64,000 nucleotides of DNA, from the NCBI GenBank assembly GCA_963848295.1, contig CAWKDB010000010.1, positions 224,001 to 288,000 of the forward strand, in the 5' to 3' direction. Of this stretch, positions 23,298-34,511 are shown piece after piece (the stretch's first letter is position 1; each line of letters begins with the position of its first letter). A program made the translations under genes and the position numbers. The notes beneath the pieces are model-generated. The model was not told where the DNA came from. It was given only the letters and a program-made list of their open reading frames with translations, and ran no database searches. Origin of the DNA: an uncultured delta proteobacterium. GTDB taxonomy: Bacteria > Myxococcota_A > Polyangia > Haliangiales > Haliangiaceae.

Positions 23298-24044
23298 ATG
23301 GCCACCACCGAAGCATTCGTCCCAGATATCACCGCCATCCCGACGACAGCGATCGACGCGGTGTTCGAGAGGCTGCTGTCCGACATCATCAGCGGGGCCT
23401 ACGCGCCGGGCGCGCGGCTGCCCGCCGAGCGCGAGCTGTCTCGACAGCTCGGTGCCTCGCGGCCGACATTGCGCGAGGCGTTGCGCCGGCTCGACGAGTG
23501 GAACCTGGTCGAGCCGCGCCGCGGCTCCGGCATCGTGGTTCGCGCGTATCGCGATTGGTCGATCGAAGTGATCGGCGCGTACCTCCGCTACGGCAAGCCC
23601 GTGGGCGACGAGCCGAAGATCGGTCGGATCTTGATCGACTTGCTCGCGATCCGCCGCGGCATGGTGCTCGAGGTCGTGCGCCTGACGACGCGCCGGATCC
23701 CGAAAGGCGGCACGCTGGCGGCGCGCGCGGCGATGGCGCGGGCCTGGGCGATGCGCGACCAGCCGAGTTATGCCCGCGAAGACTTCGAGGTGATGCGCGC
23801 GATCGTCGAGGCCGCGAAGTTCACGCCCGGACTGTGGCTGCTCAACCGGCTCGCCGACATCTGGGCCGACACGTGCGACGCGATCCGGTTCGCGATTCGC
23901 CCGCCCGACGACTACGTCGCCTCGCATTCGAAGTTCTTCGACAAGATCGAAAGCGGCGATCCCGATGGCGCCGTGCAGGTCATGGCGGACTACATCGAGC
24001 GTCACGACCGCTCGATGACCAAAGCGCTCGAGGCACTCGCGTGA
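23298..24044 (+). CDS. GntR/FadR-family transcriptional regulator
   Basis: PGARLPAERELSRQLGASRPTLREAL...RRGSG. Confidence 0.93.
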   Translation: MATTEAFVPDITAIPTTAIDAVFERLLSDIISGAYAPGARLPAERELSRQLGASRPTLREALRRLDEWNLVEPRRGSGIVVRAYRDWSIEVIGAYLRYGKPVGDEPKIGRILIDLLAIRRGMVLEVVRLTTRRIPKGGTLAARAAMARAWAMRDQPSYAREDFEVMRAIVEAAKFTPGLWLLNRLADIWADTCDAIRFAIRPPDDYVASHSKFFDKIESGDPDGAVQVMADYIERHDRSMTKALEALA

Positions 24045-24520
24045 ACACGACGGCGCGCAAGGTGGTGCGCTCGCTCGTGCCGGTCGTCTGCCCGCCGGAG
24101 GCTGCGGGTCTCGCCGACGCGATCATCGCGCACGTCGAGCTGTCGCTGTCGGTCGCGCCCGCGCTGATGCGCCGCGGTTTCGACGCAGGCATGATCGCCT
24201 ACGACGTCGGCGCCCTGCCCCGCTACTTCCGTCGCGCGCACCTGTTGTCGCCGGCGAAGGCCGAGCGTTACTTCGAGTCGTGGGACCACGGCCCGACGCC
24301 GATCCACGTCCAGCTCGCGACCGCGGTCAACCAGCTGATGAGCCTGGCCTGCTACGAGCAGCCGGCGATGATGGAGGCGATCGGCTATCGCCCGGTGCCG
24401 TGGATCGCCGAGGTCACGAACAAGCGACTGACCGTGTTCGCCGATGACGTCCGCAAGCAGCAGCAACAGATCCTCGCGCCGGATCCGTTGCGCCCGCGCG
24501 CCAAACGCGAGGTCGCGTGA
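24041..24520 (+). CDS. Small partner of the GMC oxidoreductase (gluconate 2-dehydrogenase subunit 3-like)
   Basis: 4-bp overlap with the regulator and 1-bp overlap with the GMC gene; ACYEQP...IGY motif. Confidence 0.6.
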   Translation: MNTTARKVVRSLVPVVCPPEAAGLADAIIAHVELSLSVAPALMRRGFDAGMIAYDVGALPRYFRRAHLLSPAKAERYFESWDHGPTPIHVQLATAVNQLMSLACYEQPAMMEAIGYRPVPWIAEVTNKRLTVFADDVRKQQQQILAPDPLRPRAKREVA

Positions 24521-26060
24521 TGGCGACCGTCGCCGTGCACGAGGGCGTGAAGACCCGCAACGTGTTCACGCGCGCCGACCTCCACGGCGACACCGTGCTC
24601 GATTGCGACGCCGTCGTCGTCGGCTCCGGCGCGGGCGGTGCACCGGTCGCGGCCGAGCTCGCGGAAGCCGGCTTCGACGTCATCGTGCTCGAAGAAGGCA
24701 GCTACTACCAGACCCGCGACTTCACCGCCGACACGTCGGCGATGGTCCGCCAGCTCTATCGCGATGGCGGCGCGACCATGGCGATCGGCAACCCGCCGAT
24801 CCTGTTCCAAGAGGGCCGCGCGGTCGGCGGCTCGACCGTGATCAACGGCGGCATGTCGTGGCGCACGCCCGAGGACATCCTCGCGAGGTGGCGCAGCGAA
24901 TCGGGCCTGCCGTTGTCGACTGCCGAGCTCGAGCCGTACTTCGAGCGGGTCGAGAAGCGCATCCACGTCGCGCCGATGGACGAAGCCGCGATCGGCAAAG
25001 ACAACTGGCTGCTCAAGAAGGGCGCCGACCTCAAGGGCTACGAGATCATCGGCAACCTGCGCAACCAGGCGCACTGCGTCGGCAGCAACCGCTGCGCGTT
25101 CGGCTGTCCGACCGGCGCGAAGCAGAGCGCGCTGGTCTCGTACATCCCGCGCGCGCTGCACTACGGCGCCCGGGTCTACGCCGACGTCCGGGTCGATCGC
25201 ATCACGATGCACGGCAAGCGCGCGACCGGCGTCGTCGGCAACGAGCGCGGCGGGTCACAACGTCGTCGTGCGCGCGAAGCTCGTGGTCGCGTCGTGCGGT
25301 GCGATCCACACGCCCGCGCTGCTGGCGCGCTCCGGGCTCGAGTCGCGCTCGGGCCAGCTCGGCGGCAACCTGAGCCTCCACCCGAACGTCAAGGTCACCG
25401 CGATCTTCGACGAGGATGTCACCGGCTGGAAAGGCGCGCACCAGGCGTTCCAGGTCCGCGAGTTCGCCGACGAAGGCCTCGGCTGCTTCGCGGCGGTGAA
25501 CTTGCCGCCGAGCGTGATCGCGCTGTCGCTGCCGCATCGCGGCCGCCAGCTCGGTGCGCTGATGCAGCACTACAACCAGATGATGATCGCGGGCCTGTTC
25601 TGCGAAGACACGACGACCGGTCGGGTCCGCACGATCGCCGGCAAGCCGCAGGCGTTCTATCAGCTCGCGAAGCGCGACGCGGAGAACATCCAGCGCGGCC
25701 TGGTCATCCTCGCCGACATGCTGTTCGCGGCCGGCGCGAAGAAGATCTTGCTGCCGTTCCACAGCGCGGCGGAGCTCAACAGTCGCCGACGACGCGAAGC
25801 GGCTGCTCGATCGCAAGGTGCCGACCCGCGAATGGGAGGTCGTCACCGTCCACATGATGGGCACCGCGCGCATGGGCAGCGATCGCAGCGCGTCGGTCAC
25901 CGACGGTTACGGCTTCATGCACGACGTCGATCGCCTGCTCGTCGCCGATGCGTCGTTGTTCCCGACCCCGATCCGCGTCAACCCGATGGAGACGATCATG
26001 GCGCTCGCCACGCGCGCCGCCGGACACGTCATCGACAACTCGAGGAGATACCTGCAATGA
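24520..26060 (+). CDS. GMC-family oxidoreductase (two apparent +1 frameshifts)
   Basis: VVGSGAGG, VGGSTVING, CxxxxxCxFGCPTGAK, HMMGTARMG, VNPMETI; frame breaks near 25253 and 25784. Confidence 0.85.
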
Positions 26061-26680
26061 GCGCCGCCGCCAACCTGCGATCCACGCCCGCACCGAGCGC
26101 GCCGCCGCCGCGGTTCTTGTCGCCGTTTCCGACGCGCGCCGCGCTCGCGCTCGAGCAGACGTCGATGGCCGGGCTCGAGAAGGTGTTCTTGCGCGCGGTG
26201 ACGCCCGAGGTCGATCAGCTCGTCGGCTGGGAGTTTCGCGGCATCAATCGCTTCCCGATCGACGTGATCCCGCGCGTGACCGGGATCAAGAAGTTCTTGA
26301 AGGGCTTCTTCCGGACCGAGGGCGGCAAGGCGATGGGCTACAACGTCGCGATCGTGCTCAACGCGCTCGATGGGCGCTGGCGGATGAAGCCGGACGACTC
26401 GGCGCCGCGCCGGTTCGGCTACTATGCGGTCGACGCGGTCGACCCGACGAGCCGCGACAACAAGTACCTCCACGCCGTATTGCTCGACTACTCCAAGGGC
26501 GGCAACAAGCGGTTCGACGTGTCGAATCCGATCCGCGACTACATCGTGCAGGTCGATGCCGGCAACCCGGACCTCTACCTCGGCAAGGCGTACTACGCGG
26601 TCGGCCCGCTGCGCGTGATGTCGAACTTCTTCATCCTCGAGCGCCACCGCCGCGGCTTCACCGACTACGCGACGCGCTGA
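26057..26680 (+). CDS. Hypothetical protein in the GMC operon
   Basis: ATGA overlap with the GMC stop; KFLKGF...LLDYSKG...IRDYIVQV...YLGKAY. Confidence 0.75.
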   Translation: MSAAANLRSTPAPSAPPPRFLSPFPTRAALALEQTSMAGLEKVFLRAVTPEVDQLVGWEFRGINRFPIDVIPRVTGIKKFLKGFFRTEGGKAMGYNVAIVLNALDGRWRMKPDDSAPRRFGYYAVDAVDPTSRDNKYLHAVLLDYSKGGNKRFDVSNPIRDYIVQVDAGNPDLYLGKAYYAVGPLRVMSNFFILERHRRGFTDYATR

Positions 26681-27196
26681 TCACGGCGTGCTCGGCTCGG
26701 CTTGGCCGCCGAGGACCAGCGCGGACAGCAGCAGCGCGGTGCGCCTGGCGTTGCGGTCGTGCGCGCCTTCGATCCGCAGTGGGCTCGCGGCGCCGTCGAC
26801 CGAGACCGTACCCTTGTCGTCGATCGTGACGCGCTTGCCGTCGACCACGAGCACCTCGCCGTCGAACTTCAGCGGCGCGAGCTTGCCGTCGGGTCCCTCG
26901 AGCGATCCGTCGGCATGGAAGTGGGCGACCTTGCCATCCTTGCCGGTCATCGAGCCATCGGGTTCGAGCGTCGCGATCACTTGCTTCATCGGCTGAGCGC
27001 CCTCGCCTGCGACGACGAGCTCGAGCCGACCATCCTCGTGGAGCTCCATGCCCATCTGGTTGCCCTCGAGGAACTTGAGGTCGGTGATCGCGAGCACCGG
27101 CGTCTCGACCGGCGTCGGCGCGACCGGTGCTGCGACCGGCTTGCCGCCACTGCACGCCACTACGAGCACGATGATCGCGAACCACGGCTGGTTCAT
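26681..27196 (-). CDS. Hypothetical lipoprotein
   Basis: VLVVAC lipobox; repeated DG beta-hairpins. Confidence 0.75.
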   Translation of the reverse strand: MNQPWFAIIVLVVACSGGKPVAAPVAPTPVETPVLAITDLKFLEGNQMGMELHEDGRLELVVAGEGAQPMKQVIATLEPDGSMTGKDGKVAHFHADGSLEGPDGKLAPLKFDGEVLVVDGKRVTIDDKGTVSVDGAASPLRIEGAHDRNARRTALLLSALVLGGQAEPSTP

Positions 27197-27294
27197 GCGC
27201 CCATTGCAGCCGACGACTCCGCACATTGCAAGCTAACGCTCGGGTGAAACCGCGAGCGCAGCCGCGCGCGCACGCGACGCGTAGGTGTGATCTG

Positions 27295-27564
27295 CTACGG
27301 CGTGCCAGGCGCGGTCGTCGCTGACGCACTCGCGGGCGCGGCCGTGCCGCCGAGGATGAGGCCGGCGATCAGCAGCGCGGTCCGCTTGGCCCTCGCGTCG
27401 TGGACACCCTCGACTCGCACCGAGGTTGCTCCGCCATCGATGAAGAGCACCCCCTTTTCGCCGATCGTCACGTGCTTGCCGTCGATGATCAGCGCGTCGC
27501 CGGTGATCGTGGCCGGCTCGACGTTGGCGTCGAGGCCTTCGAGCGATTTCCGCGATCGGATCAA
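27295..27564 (-). pseudogene. 5'-truncated paralog of the adjacent lipoprotein
   Basis: DGKHVTI...VRVEGVHDARAKRTALL aligns with DGKRVTI...LRIEGAHDRNARRTALL; no signal peptide. Confidence 0.65.
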
Positions 27565-28820
27565 CCTGACGAGAAATCACTAAGCGCATCCGCTCGCGCA
27601 CGTAGCACTTCGCGCTCGCGCTCGTTGCGGGTGAGCTCGGCGGCGCGCCGGAATTCGCTGCGCGCTTCAGCTGCGCGCCCGAGCTTTTCGAGCAGATCGC
27701 CGCGCACGCTCGGCAGCAGGTGGTATCCCGCGAGCGCCGGCTCAGCGACGAGGGCATCGACCAGCTCGAGGGCTTGCTCGAGGCCGAACGCCATGCCGAT
27801 CGCCACCGCGCGATTGAGCTCGACGATCGGCGACGGTGCGACCTGCGCGAGCGCGGTGTAGAGCGCGGCGATCCGCGGCCACTGGGTGTCGGCCGCCGAG
27901 GGAGCGCGCGCATGGCACGCCGCGATCGCAGCTTGCAGTTGATAAGGCCCGGGTGGCGCTCCGAGCTGTTCGGCGCGCTCGAGTGCGGCGAGGCCGCGGC
28001 GGATCAGCAGGCGATCCCAGCGCGCGCGATCCTGATCGGCGAGCAGGATCGGCGCGCCGTCGGGTCCGACCCGCGCGGCGAGTCGCGCCGCGGTGAGCTC
28101 GAGGAGCGCGGCGAGGCCTTGTACTTCGGACTCGCCGGGGACGAGGCCCGCGAGCACGCGCGCGATCCGCAGCGCGTCGTCGCATAGCTCCGGCCGCGTC
28201 CAATTCGCGCCGGCGGTCGCGACGTGGCCTTCGTTGAACACGAGGTAGATGACCTCGAGGACCGAATCGAGCCGCTCCGCGCGGTCCGCTGCGCGCGGCA
28301 CCTCGAACGGCACGTGCGCGTCGGCGAGCGTGCGCTTCGCTCGCACGATGCGTTGCGCGATCGTCGGCTCCGGCACGAGAAAAGCGCGCGCGATCTCCGC
28401 GGTCGTCAGGCCACCGACGAGCCGCAGCGTGAGCGCGACGCGTGCCTCGGTCGACAGCACCGGGTGACACGCGGTGAACACGAGCCGGAGCAGGTCATCG
28501 CCGACGTCGTCGTCGAGGAGCTCGGCGAGGTCTTTCGGCGGCTCGCTCGGCTCACGCCCGAGTTGCTGATGTTTGTCATCCGCCATCTTGGCTCGACGCG
28601 AGGTATCGATCGCGCGCCGCTTCCCGGTGGTCATCAACCACGCGCCGGGGTTATCAGGCACGCCATCGATCGGCCAACGCTCGAGCGCGACGACCAGCGC
28701 ATCGGCGGCGAGCTCCTCCGCCCGGCCGACGTCGCGCGTAATTCGTGACAGCCCCGCGACGAGGCGCGGGAACTCGATCCGGAACACGGCTTCGATCGCG
28801 GCGTGTGGCGCGGAGGTCAC
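27561..28820 (-). CDS. ECF42-type sigma factor (DUF6596/TPR extension)
   Basis: DDLLRLVFTACHP, LTLRLVGGLT, YLVFNEG, QDRARWD, YQLQAAIAACH; DGPF gene upstream. Confidence 0.92.
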   Translation of the reverse strand: MTSAPHAAIEAVFRIEFPRLVAGLSRITRDVGRAEELAADALVVALERWPIDGVPDNPGAWLMTTGKRRAIDTSRRAKMADDKHQQLGREPSEPPKDLAELLDDDVGDDLLRLVFTACHPVLSTEARVALTLRLVGGLTTAEIARAFLVPEPTIAQRIVRAKRTLADAHVPFEVPRAADRAERLDSVLEVIYLVFNEGHVATAGANWTRPELCDDALRIARVLAGLVPGESEVQGLAALLELTAARLAARVGPDGAPILLADQDRARWDRLLIRRGLAALERAEQLGAPPGPYQLQAAIAACHARAPSAADTQWPRIAALYTALAQVAPSPIVELNRAVAIGMAFGLEQALELVDALVAEPALAGYHLLPSVRGDLLEKLGRAAEARSEFRRAAELTRNEREREVLRARADALSDFSSG

Positions 28821-28839
28821 GCGCCGCGAGCTTAGCGCG

Positions 28840-29271
28840 TTACGACTTGCCGAGCTTTTCGCCGAGCCGCTTCGCGCGCTCCGCGGCCTCGCCCGGCACG
28901 TCGAAGTCCTCCATGTCGAACAGCGGCCGGATCTCGACGACCGGCTCCTCGCCGTCTTGCACGCCGCTGCCGAACGGCGCGCGCTTCGCCCACTCGACCG
29001 CCTCCGCGAGCGTCTTGACCTGGATCAGCCAGTAGCCCGCGATCAGCTCCTTGGCCTCGGCGAACGGCCCGTCGACGACCTTGCGGTGCTTGCCCGAGTA
29101 CACGACGCGCGCGCCGCGGCTCGACGGCGTGAGCCCGGCAAGGTCGAGCAGGACGCCGGCCTTTTGCAGCTCTTCGTTGAACTTGTGCATCACGAGCAAG
29201 TCCTCTTTGCTCGGCATCGCGCCGGCCGATTCGGTTTGCGGCGTCGCCTTCACGATCATCATGACTTTCAT
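28840..29271 (-). CDS. YciI/DGPF-family protein
   Basis: DGPFAEAKELIAGYW; VEIRP. Confidence 0.93.
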   Translation of the reverse strand: MKVMMIVKATPQTESAGAMPSKEDLLVMHKFNEELQKAGVLLDLAGLTPSSRGARVVYSGKHRKVVDGPFAEAKELIAGYWLIQVKTLAEAVEWAKRAPFGSGVQDGEEPVVEIRPLFDMEDFDVPGEAAERAKRLGEKLGKS

Positions 29272-29516
29272 CGGAATCTCCTCATGCTTCGGTTGGTGTA
29301 TCCGAGCGACGATCGAGCCGCCGCTGGATCGACAGCCGCGACGCGATTTTTTTGGGGCAGCGATTTCGGCCGGCTACAGGCTCGGGCGGTTGCGCGCCGC
29401 AACTACTCGAGTGGATCGAAGAAGGCGATCGACACCGTCGTCGTCGCCGCCGGATCGAGCTCGAGGCAGATCTGGCTAATCCCAGGGTTCGCCTGGGTCG
29501 ATCCGGCGTAGGCGAG

Positions 29517-29969
29517 CTACTTGCCCGGGGCTACCTCGATCTTCGATCCAGGTGGCGCGGCGATCCGCGTGACTTCGGTGCGGCTCATCGCGTCGGCGGT
29601 GCCGCCCGCCGGGATGTTGAGCTGAAGCACGATCACCTCGTCGGGCTCGCTGACCGCATGGAGCTCGGCGCGCGCGCCGCTCGGTGCGGTGCACGCGACG
29701 CCGGTGACCGCTTTCATCTCGGCGCTCGGACTGAACACCTGACAGGCGCCTGGGAACGTGCCGAGTGGATAGCTCGTCGCCTTGCCGGTCTCGTCGGTGC
29801 CGGTGAGGTACACCGTGCTCGACGCGCCACCCGGCGCCGGCGCGATGCTCCACGCGAGCACGAAGCGTTTGCCGTATACCGCGAGACCGGATCCCGAGCC
29901 CGCCGTGGCGGTCGGGCTTTGCCCGCCGCCGCACGCCGCGAGCGCGACTACGATCGCGAATCGGTTCAT
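29517..29969 (-). CDS. Hypothetical lipoprotein
   Basis: [13 protein letters not shown] lipobox; two further Cys. Confidence 0.7.
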   Translation of the reverse strand: MNRFAIVVALAACGGGQSPTATAGSGSGLAVYGKRFVLAWSIAPAPGGASSTVYLTGTDETGKATSYPLGTFPGACQVFSPSAEMKAVTGVACTAPSGARAELHAVSEPDEVIVLQLNIPAGGTADAMSRTEVTRIAAPPGSKIEVAPGK

Positions 29970-30022
29970 CAGCGAACCGTACACCAACGCCATCGCGGCG
30001 CGATCGCGGTAGGATTGATCCC

Positions 30023-31922
30023 ATGGCGCTGGCGCGCGTCGTCGTGGTCGAAGGTCCGGATGCGGGCCGCGAATTCGAGCTGCCGCTGCGCGGCGGCGGC
30101 GTCGGACGCGGCGACGGCAATCTGGTCCAGCTCACCGACCCGACCGTGTCGCGCAACCACGGCACGATCGAGCTGCGCGATGGAGCGCTGTGCTGGATCG
30201 ACGACACCGGCAAGCCGCGCACGCTGATCAACGGCAAGCCACCGACCGAGCATCGGCTCGAAGCCGGCGACGAGATCGTGCTCGGCGGCACGCGGCTCGC
30301 GTACCTGCCGGACGATGGCGTCGCGATCACGCGCGCCGCGAGCCACGTCACGATGGAGGTCGGCAGCCGCCAGCTGCTCGCGCTCACCGGCCACGACGAT
30401 CGGGCGAGCCGCCATCTCGCCGCGATCGCCCAGCTCGGGGATCGGCTGCGCAACGACAGCGGCTCGAGTCGCGACGCGGTCGCGCGCGCGACCTGCGATG
30501 CCGCGCTCAACGCGCTCGAGGCGCATCGCGCGTTCGCGTTATCGGCCGGCCGCCGCCCCGCACCGCTCGCCGCGGCGATCGCTACGCACGATACGGCGGG
30601 CACCCAGCTCCAGCTGCCCGCCGATCTGATCGAGAAGGTCGCGACCAAGCAGGTCATCACCGCCGAGACCCAAGGCCGCTCGCTGATCGCCGCGCCGATC
30701 TGTGGGAGCGGCGACGAGGTCATCGCCGTGTTGTGGATCGATCGCAAGGGCGCGCCGTGGGACGACACCGACGCGCTCGCGGCGAGCTGTCTCGCTCACC
30801 TCGCGGGCGCTGCATGGGTCTCGGCGGATGCACGCGATCAGCTCGGCCGCCGCGCCGAAGCGCTCGAAGAGCGACTCGCGGACGGCGATTTCATCGGTCG
30901 ATCGATCGCCGCGGCGCGCGTGCTCGAGTTCGTGTCCCGCGTCGGTCCGTCCGACGCGACCGTGCTGCTCGGCGGCGAGTCCGGCTCCGGCAAGGAGATG
31001 GTCGCGCGCGCGATCCACCGCGCGAGCCGGCGCGCGAAGGGGCCGTGCGTCGCGGTGAACTGCGCCGCGCTGACCGAAACGCTTGATCGAGAGCGAGTTG
31101 TTCGGCCACGAGAAAGGCGCGTTCACCGGCGCGACCGAGAAGAAGGCGGGCCGGTTCGAGATGGCGGACCGCGGCACGCTGTTTCTCGACGAGGTCGGCG
31201 AGCTCCCGCTCGGGTTGCAGACCAAGTTCCTGCGCGTGCTCGAGGAGCGCCGGTTCGAGCGCGTCGGCGGGCAGAAGCCGATCGAGGTCGACGTCCGCGT
31301 CGTCGCCGCGACCAATCGCGACCTCGGCGAGATGGTCAAGCGCGGCACGTTTCGCGAGGACCTGTTCTACCGGCTCAGCGTGATCCAGGCCGACGTCCCG
31401 CCGTTGCGCGAGCGGCTCGACGACGTACCGCAGCTCGCCGAGCACTTCCTCGCGCGATTCAAACATCAGGCTGTGCGCCGCATCACCGGGTTCGCGCCGG
31501 ACGCGATCGCGGCGATGACCTCGTATGCGTGGCCGGGCAATGTCCGCGAGCTGCGCAACGCGGTCGAACGCGCCGTCGTGCTCGGCGATCGCGAGCAGAT
31601 CATCGCCGACGACTTGCCGCCATCGCTCCACGCCGCGCGACCGCGCGCTCGCACGTCGCCACCGACTCCCCTGCTCGGCTCGCGCTCGATGCATACCGAG
31701 CCCAGTGAGGTCTTCATCGACGTCGCACCGCCGCCCGCACCTGCACTGCCCGCGAAGGCGCCACCGCCGCCGGCCGCGCGTTCGTTGCGCGACCTCGAGA
31801 AGGACGGGATCGTGGCCGCCCTCGCGGCGACCGGTGGCAACAAGGCGCAAGCCGCCGCGATCCTCGAGATCGATCGCTCGACGCTCTACAAGAAGCTCAA
31901 GGACTACGACATCGAGGGTTAG
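30023..31922 (+). CDS. FHA-GAF-sigma54 enhancer-binding protein (one +1 frameshift near 31083)
   Basis: FHA GR...[36 protein letters not shown]; Fis-type HTH. Confidence 0.9.
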
Positions 31923-32015
31923 CGGCGAACGGGCGTTTCGCTACGCCCGAGACCTACATCACCGACGGCGCCGGTGGTTGTGTTTGCCCGCGTGAGGTCT
32001 GTTACGATACCGGCT

Positions 32016-32981
32016 ATGGGCGTGCGCGTGCTCCTCCTGATTGCCCTGATCCTCCCTCGGCTTGCGCATGCCGAGGTCGGGGTGGACATCGTGGTCGCCG
32101 GCCAGGACTCGGTGATCACCGATGCGACACGCGCCGCGGTCGCCTCTTGGCTCACGACGCGCGGGTTCAGGGTCACCAAGTCGCTCCCTGCATCGGGCGC
32201 GACGACGCTGAGCGACTGCCTGCTCGTGCCCGACATGAAGTGCGCGCGTGGCGTGGTCGAGGCGCGCGGTATGGGCAGCGCGGTGCTCGCGGTCCTGACG
32301 CAGGCGTACGGTAACGGCGCGCGCCGCTCGATCCAGCTTTCGGTGTACTGGATCAGCAAAGGCACCGACGTCGTCTCGGTCCAGAAGATGTGTGACAGCT
32401 GCAGCGACCAAGCCCTGCCGATCACGGTCAGCGCGCTGATGGCGGATATCTCGAAGCTCGTGCCGGCGACGCGCGGCCGGATCAAGATCACGACGTCGCC
32501 GAGCGGCGTGCTCGCGCTCGTCGATGGGGCGCCGATCGGCACCACGCCGGTCGACCACGAAGTCGCCGCAGGTGTGCACGAGATCGCGATGACCCGTAAC
32601 GGCGAAACGATCGCGACCAGCCACGTCGCGGTCGCACCGGGCGCGACCGCCGAGGTCGACATCCCGCTGCCGGCGCTCCCGGTCGTCGCCGGGCCGAGGC
32701 TCGAACCGATCGCGCATCACTCGAAGGCGTTGCCCGCGACCGTGCTCGTCCTCGGCGGCGCCGCGATCGCGACCGGGCTCGTGTTCTACAAGATCGGCGG
32801 CCCGACCGGCGACAGCTTCTACTACACAAATCTGCGAACCCCCGGCATCGGCATCGCCGCGGGCGGCGGTGCGCTCGCGATCATCGGCGCGATCTGGCTC
32901 GCGAAGAGCGGCCATTCCGGCGGCCCGACCGTGAGTGTGTCTCCAGGTAGCGCAATTGCCGGTTGGACAAGGAGCTTCTAA
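32016..32981 (+). CDS. PEGA-domain secreted/membrane protein
   Basis: Signal peptide; TSPSGVLALVDGAPIGTTP...GVHEI; C-terminal hydrophobic segments. Confidence 0.8.
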   Translation: MGVRVLLLIALILPRLAHAEVGVDIVVAGQDSVITDATRAAVASWLTTRGFRVTKSLPASGATTLSDCLLVPDMKCARGVVEARGMGSAVLAVLTQAYGNGARRSIQLSVYWISKGTDVVSVQKMCDSCSDQALPITVSALMADISKLVPATRGRIKITTSPSGVLALVDGAPIGTTPVDHEVAAGVHEIAMTRNGETIATSHVAVAPGATAEVDIPLPALPVVAGPRLEPIAHHSKALPATVLVLGGAAIATGLVFYKIGGPTGDSFYYTNLRTPGIGIAAGGGALAIIGAIWLAKSGHSGGPTVSVSPGSAIAGWTRSF

Positions 32982-34501
32982 TGCGAGCATCGACCGCCAT
33001 CGCATGTGCGCTCGTCGTTGCCGTCACGGGATGTCGGAAGCAAGATCCGCTGTTCTGCGCGAACCACGAGGATCCGCGGTGCGGCAATATCGACGGCGGC
33101 GTCGATGCCGCGCCGGACGCCCCGCCCGGCTACGTCACGATCGGCGGCACGGTCGATAACCTCGCCGGCATGGGACTCGTGCTCCAGGACAACGCCGGGG
33201 ATGATCTCGCGGTCACCGCTGATGGGTCGTTCCAGTTCCAGACGCCGATCCAGATCGGCCAGCCCTATGCGGTGACCGTGAGCTCGCAGCCCACGGAAGT
33301 GACTCAAGTGTGCACTGTCGACCAGGACGGGAGCCAGTCCGGTACGGCGATGACCAACGTCACCAGCGCTCACGTGAACTGCGTGACCCAGGCGTTTGCG
33401 GTTTCCGGCACGGTGTTCGGCATGACGCTGCCGAACTCGATCAGCCTCCTGCTCAACGGCGGCGATTCGCAGACCTTGACCGACAACGTCGAATTTACGT
33501 TTCAGAATCCTAAAGTTGATAGCGGACAGACCTTCGGCGTTTCGATCCAGACGGAGCCATCCGGAAATAACTGCACGCTCAGCCCGATCATGGGCTCGAT
33601 CGCCGGCGCTGACTTCACCGACGTAGTCGTCAATTGCGCGGTCGGCTACTACACGATCAGCGGCTCGATCTCCGGGCTCAACGGCATCGTGATGTTGTCA
33701 GATGGAACGAACACCATCCAGGTTTCGGGAGCCGGGGCAACCACTCCGTTTGCGTTCCCGCCGGTCATGGCGGGCACCTACACGATCAGCGTCAGCGGCA
33801 ACCCGTCGACGCCGATCGCCCAGACCTGCACGGTGACCGCTCCGACCATGGTCACGGTAACGAACAGCGACGTCAACAGTGTCGCGGTGACGTGCACGAC
33901 CAACACGTACACGATCGGCGGCACGATCTACGAGCTCAGCGGGACGGTCGTGCTCCAGGACAACGGCGCCGACGACTACTCGACCAACACGAATGGCGCG
34001 TTCACGTTCGCGACACCGCTTGCAAGCGACACGACTTACACCGTGACGGTGAAGACGCAGCCGGCCACTCAGACCTGCGTGCTGAACAACTACAACGGCA
34101 CGGTGACGAACGCCCCGGTCACCGACGTCGACGTCGTCTGTGACTCTGGCCTCAAGTGCGGCGGAGGGGTCTGCTCCATCAACGGCACCGACAACCTGTG
34201 TTGTGGCGCGGGTACCGGCGGCGCGACGTGCGACAAGGCCAGCGACAACTGCATGAGCAACACCGAGATCTCGTGCGCTGACGCGGCGGACTGCGCCGTG
34301 GCCAACAAGGCCAACACCGTGTGCTGCGCGAGCGTCCACACCGGCGGCTCGAGCTACGTCACCTCGACGACCTGCTCGGCGACGTGCTCGGCCGGGCAGG
34401 CCGTACTCTGCGATCACAACCTGCCCAACGCCGATGTGTGCCCGACCGGAACGACGTGCAAGACGTACAGCCTGCTCAGCGGCTACTACGCATGCCAGTG
34501 A
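32981..34501 (+). CDS. Surface lipoprotein with four Ig-like repeats and a Cys-rich C-terminus
   Basis: VTGC lipobox; four ~87-aa repeats (TIGGT..L.G..LQDN..D...G.F.F...Y.V.V..QP..Q.C...V.C). Confidence 0.8.
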   Translation: MRASTAIACALVVAVTGCRKQDPLFCANHEDPRCGNIDGGVDAAPDAPPGYVTIGGTVDNLAGMGLVLQDNAGDDLAVTADGSFQFQTPIQIGQPYAVTVSSQPTEVTQVCTVDQDGSQSGTAMTNVTSAHVNCVTQAFAVSGTVFGMTLPNSISLLLNGGDSQTLTDNVEFTFQNPKVDSGQTFGVSIQTEPSGNNCTLSPIMGSIAGADFTDVVVNCAVGYYTISGSISGLNGIVMLSDGTNTIQVSGAGATTPFAFPPVMAGTYTISVSGNPSTPIAQTCTVTAPTMVTVTNSDVNSVAVTCTTNTYTIGGTIYELSGTVVLQDNGADDYSTNTNGAFTFATPLASDTTYTVTVKTQPATQTCVLNNYNGTVTNAPVTDVDVVCDSGLKCGGGVCSINGTDNLCCGAGTGGATCDKASDNCMSNTEISCADAADCAVANKANTVCCASVHTGGSSYVTSTTCSATCSAGQAVLCDHNLPNADVCPTGTTCKTYSLLSGYYACQ

Positions 34502-34511
34502 GCCGGTCGTG

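Noticed and set aside
25253..31083. Programmed frameshifting in the GMC and sigma54 activator genes
   Set aside because: No slippery sequences, and these families are not known for recoding; indel errors are more likely
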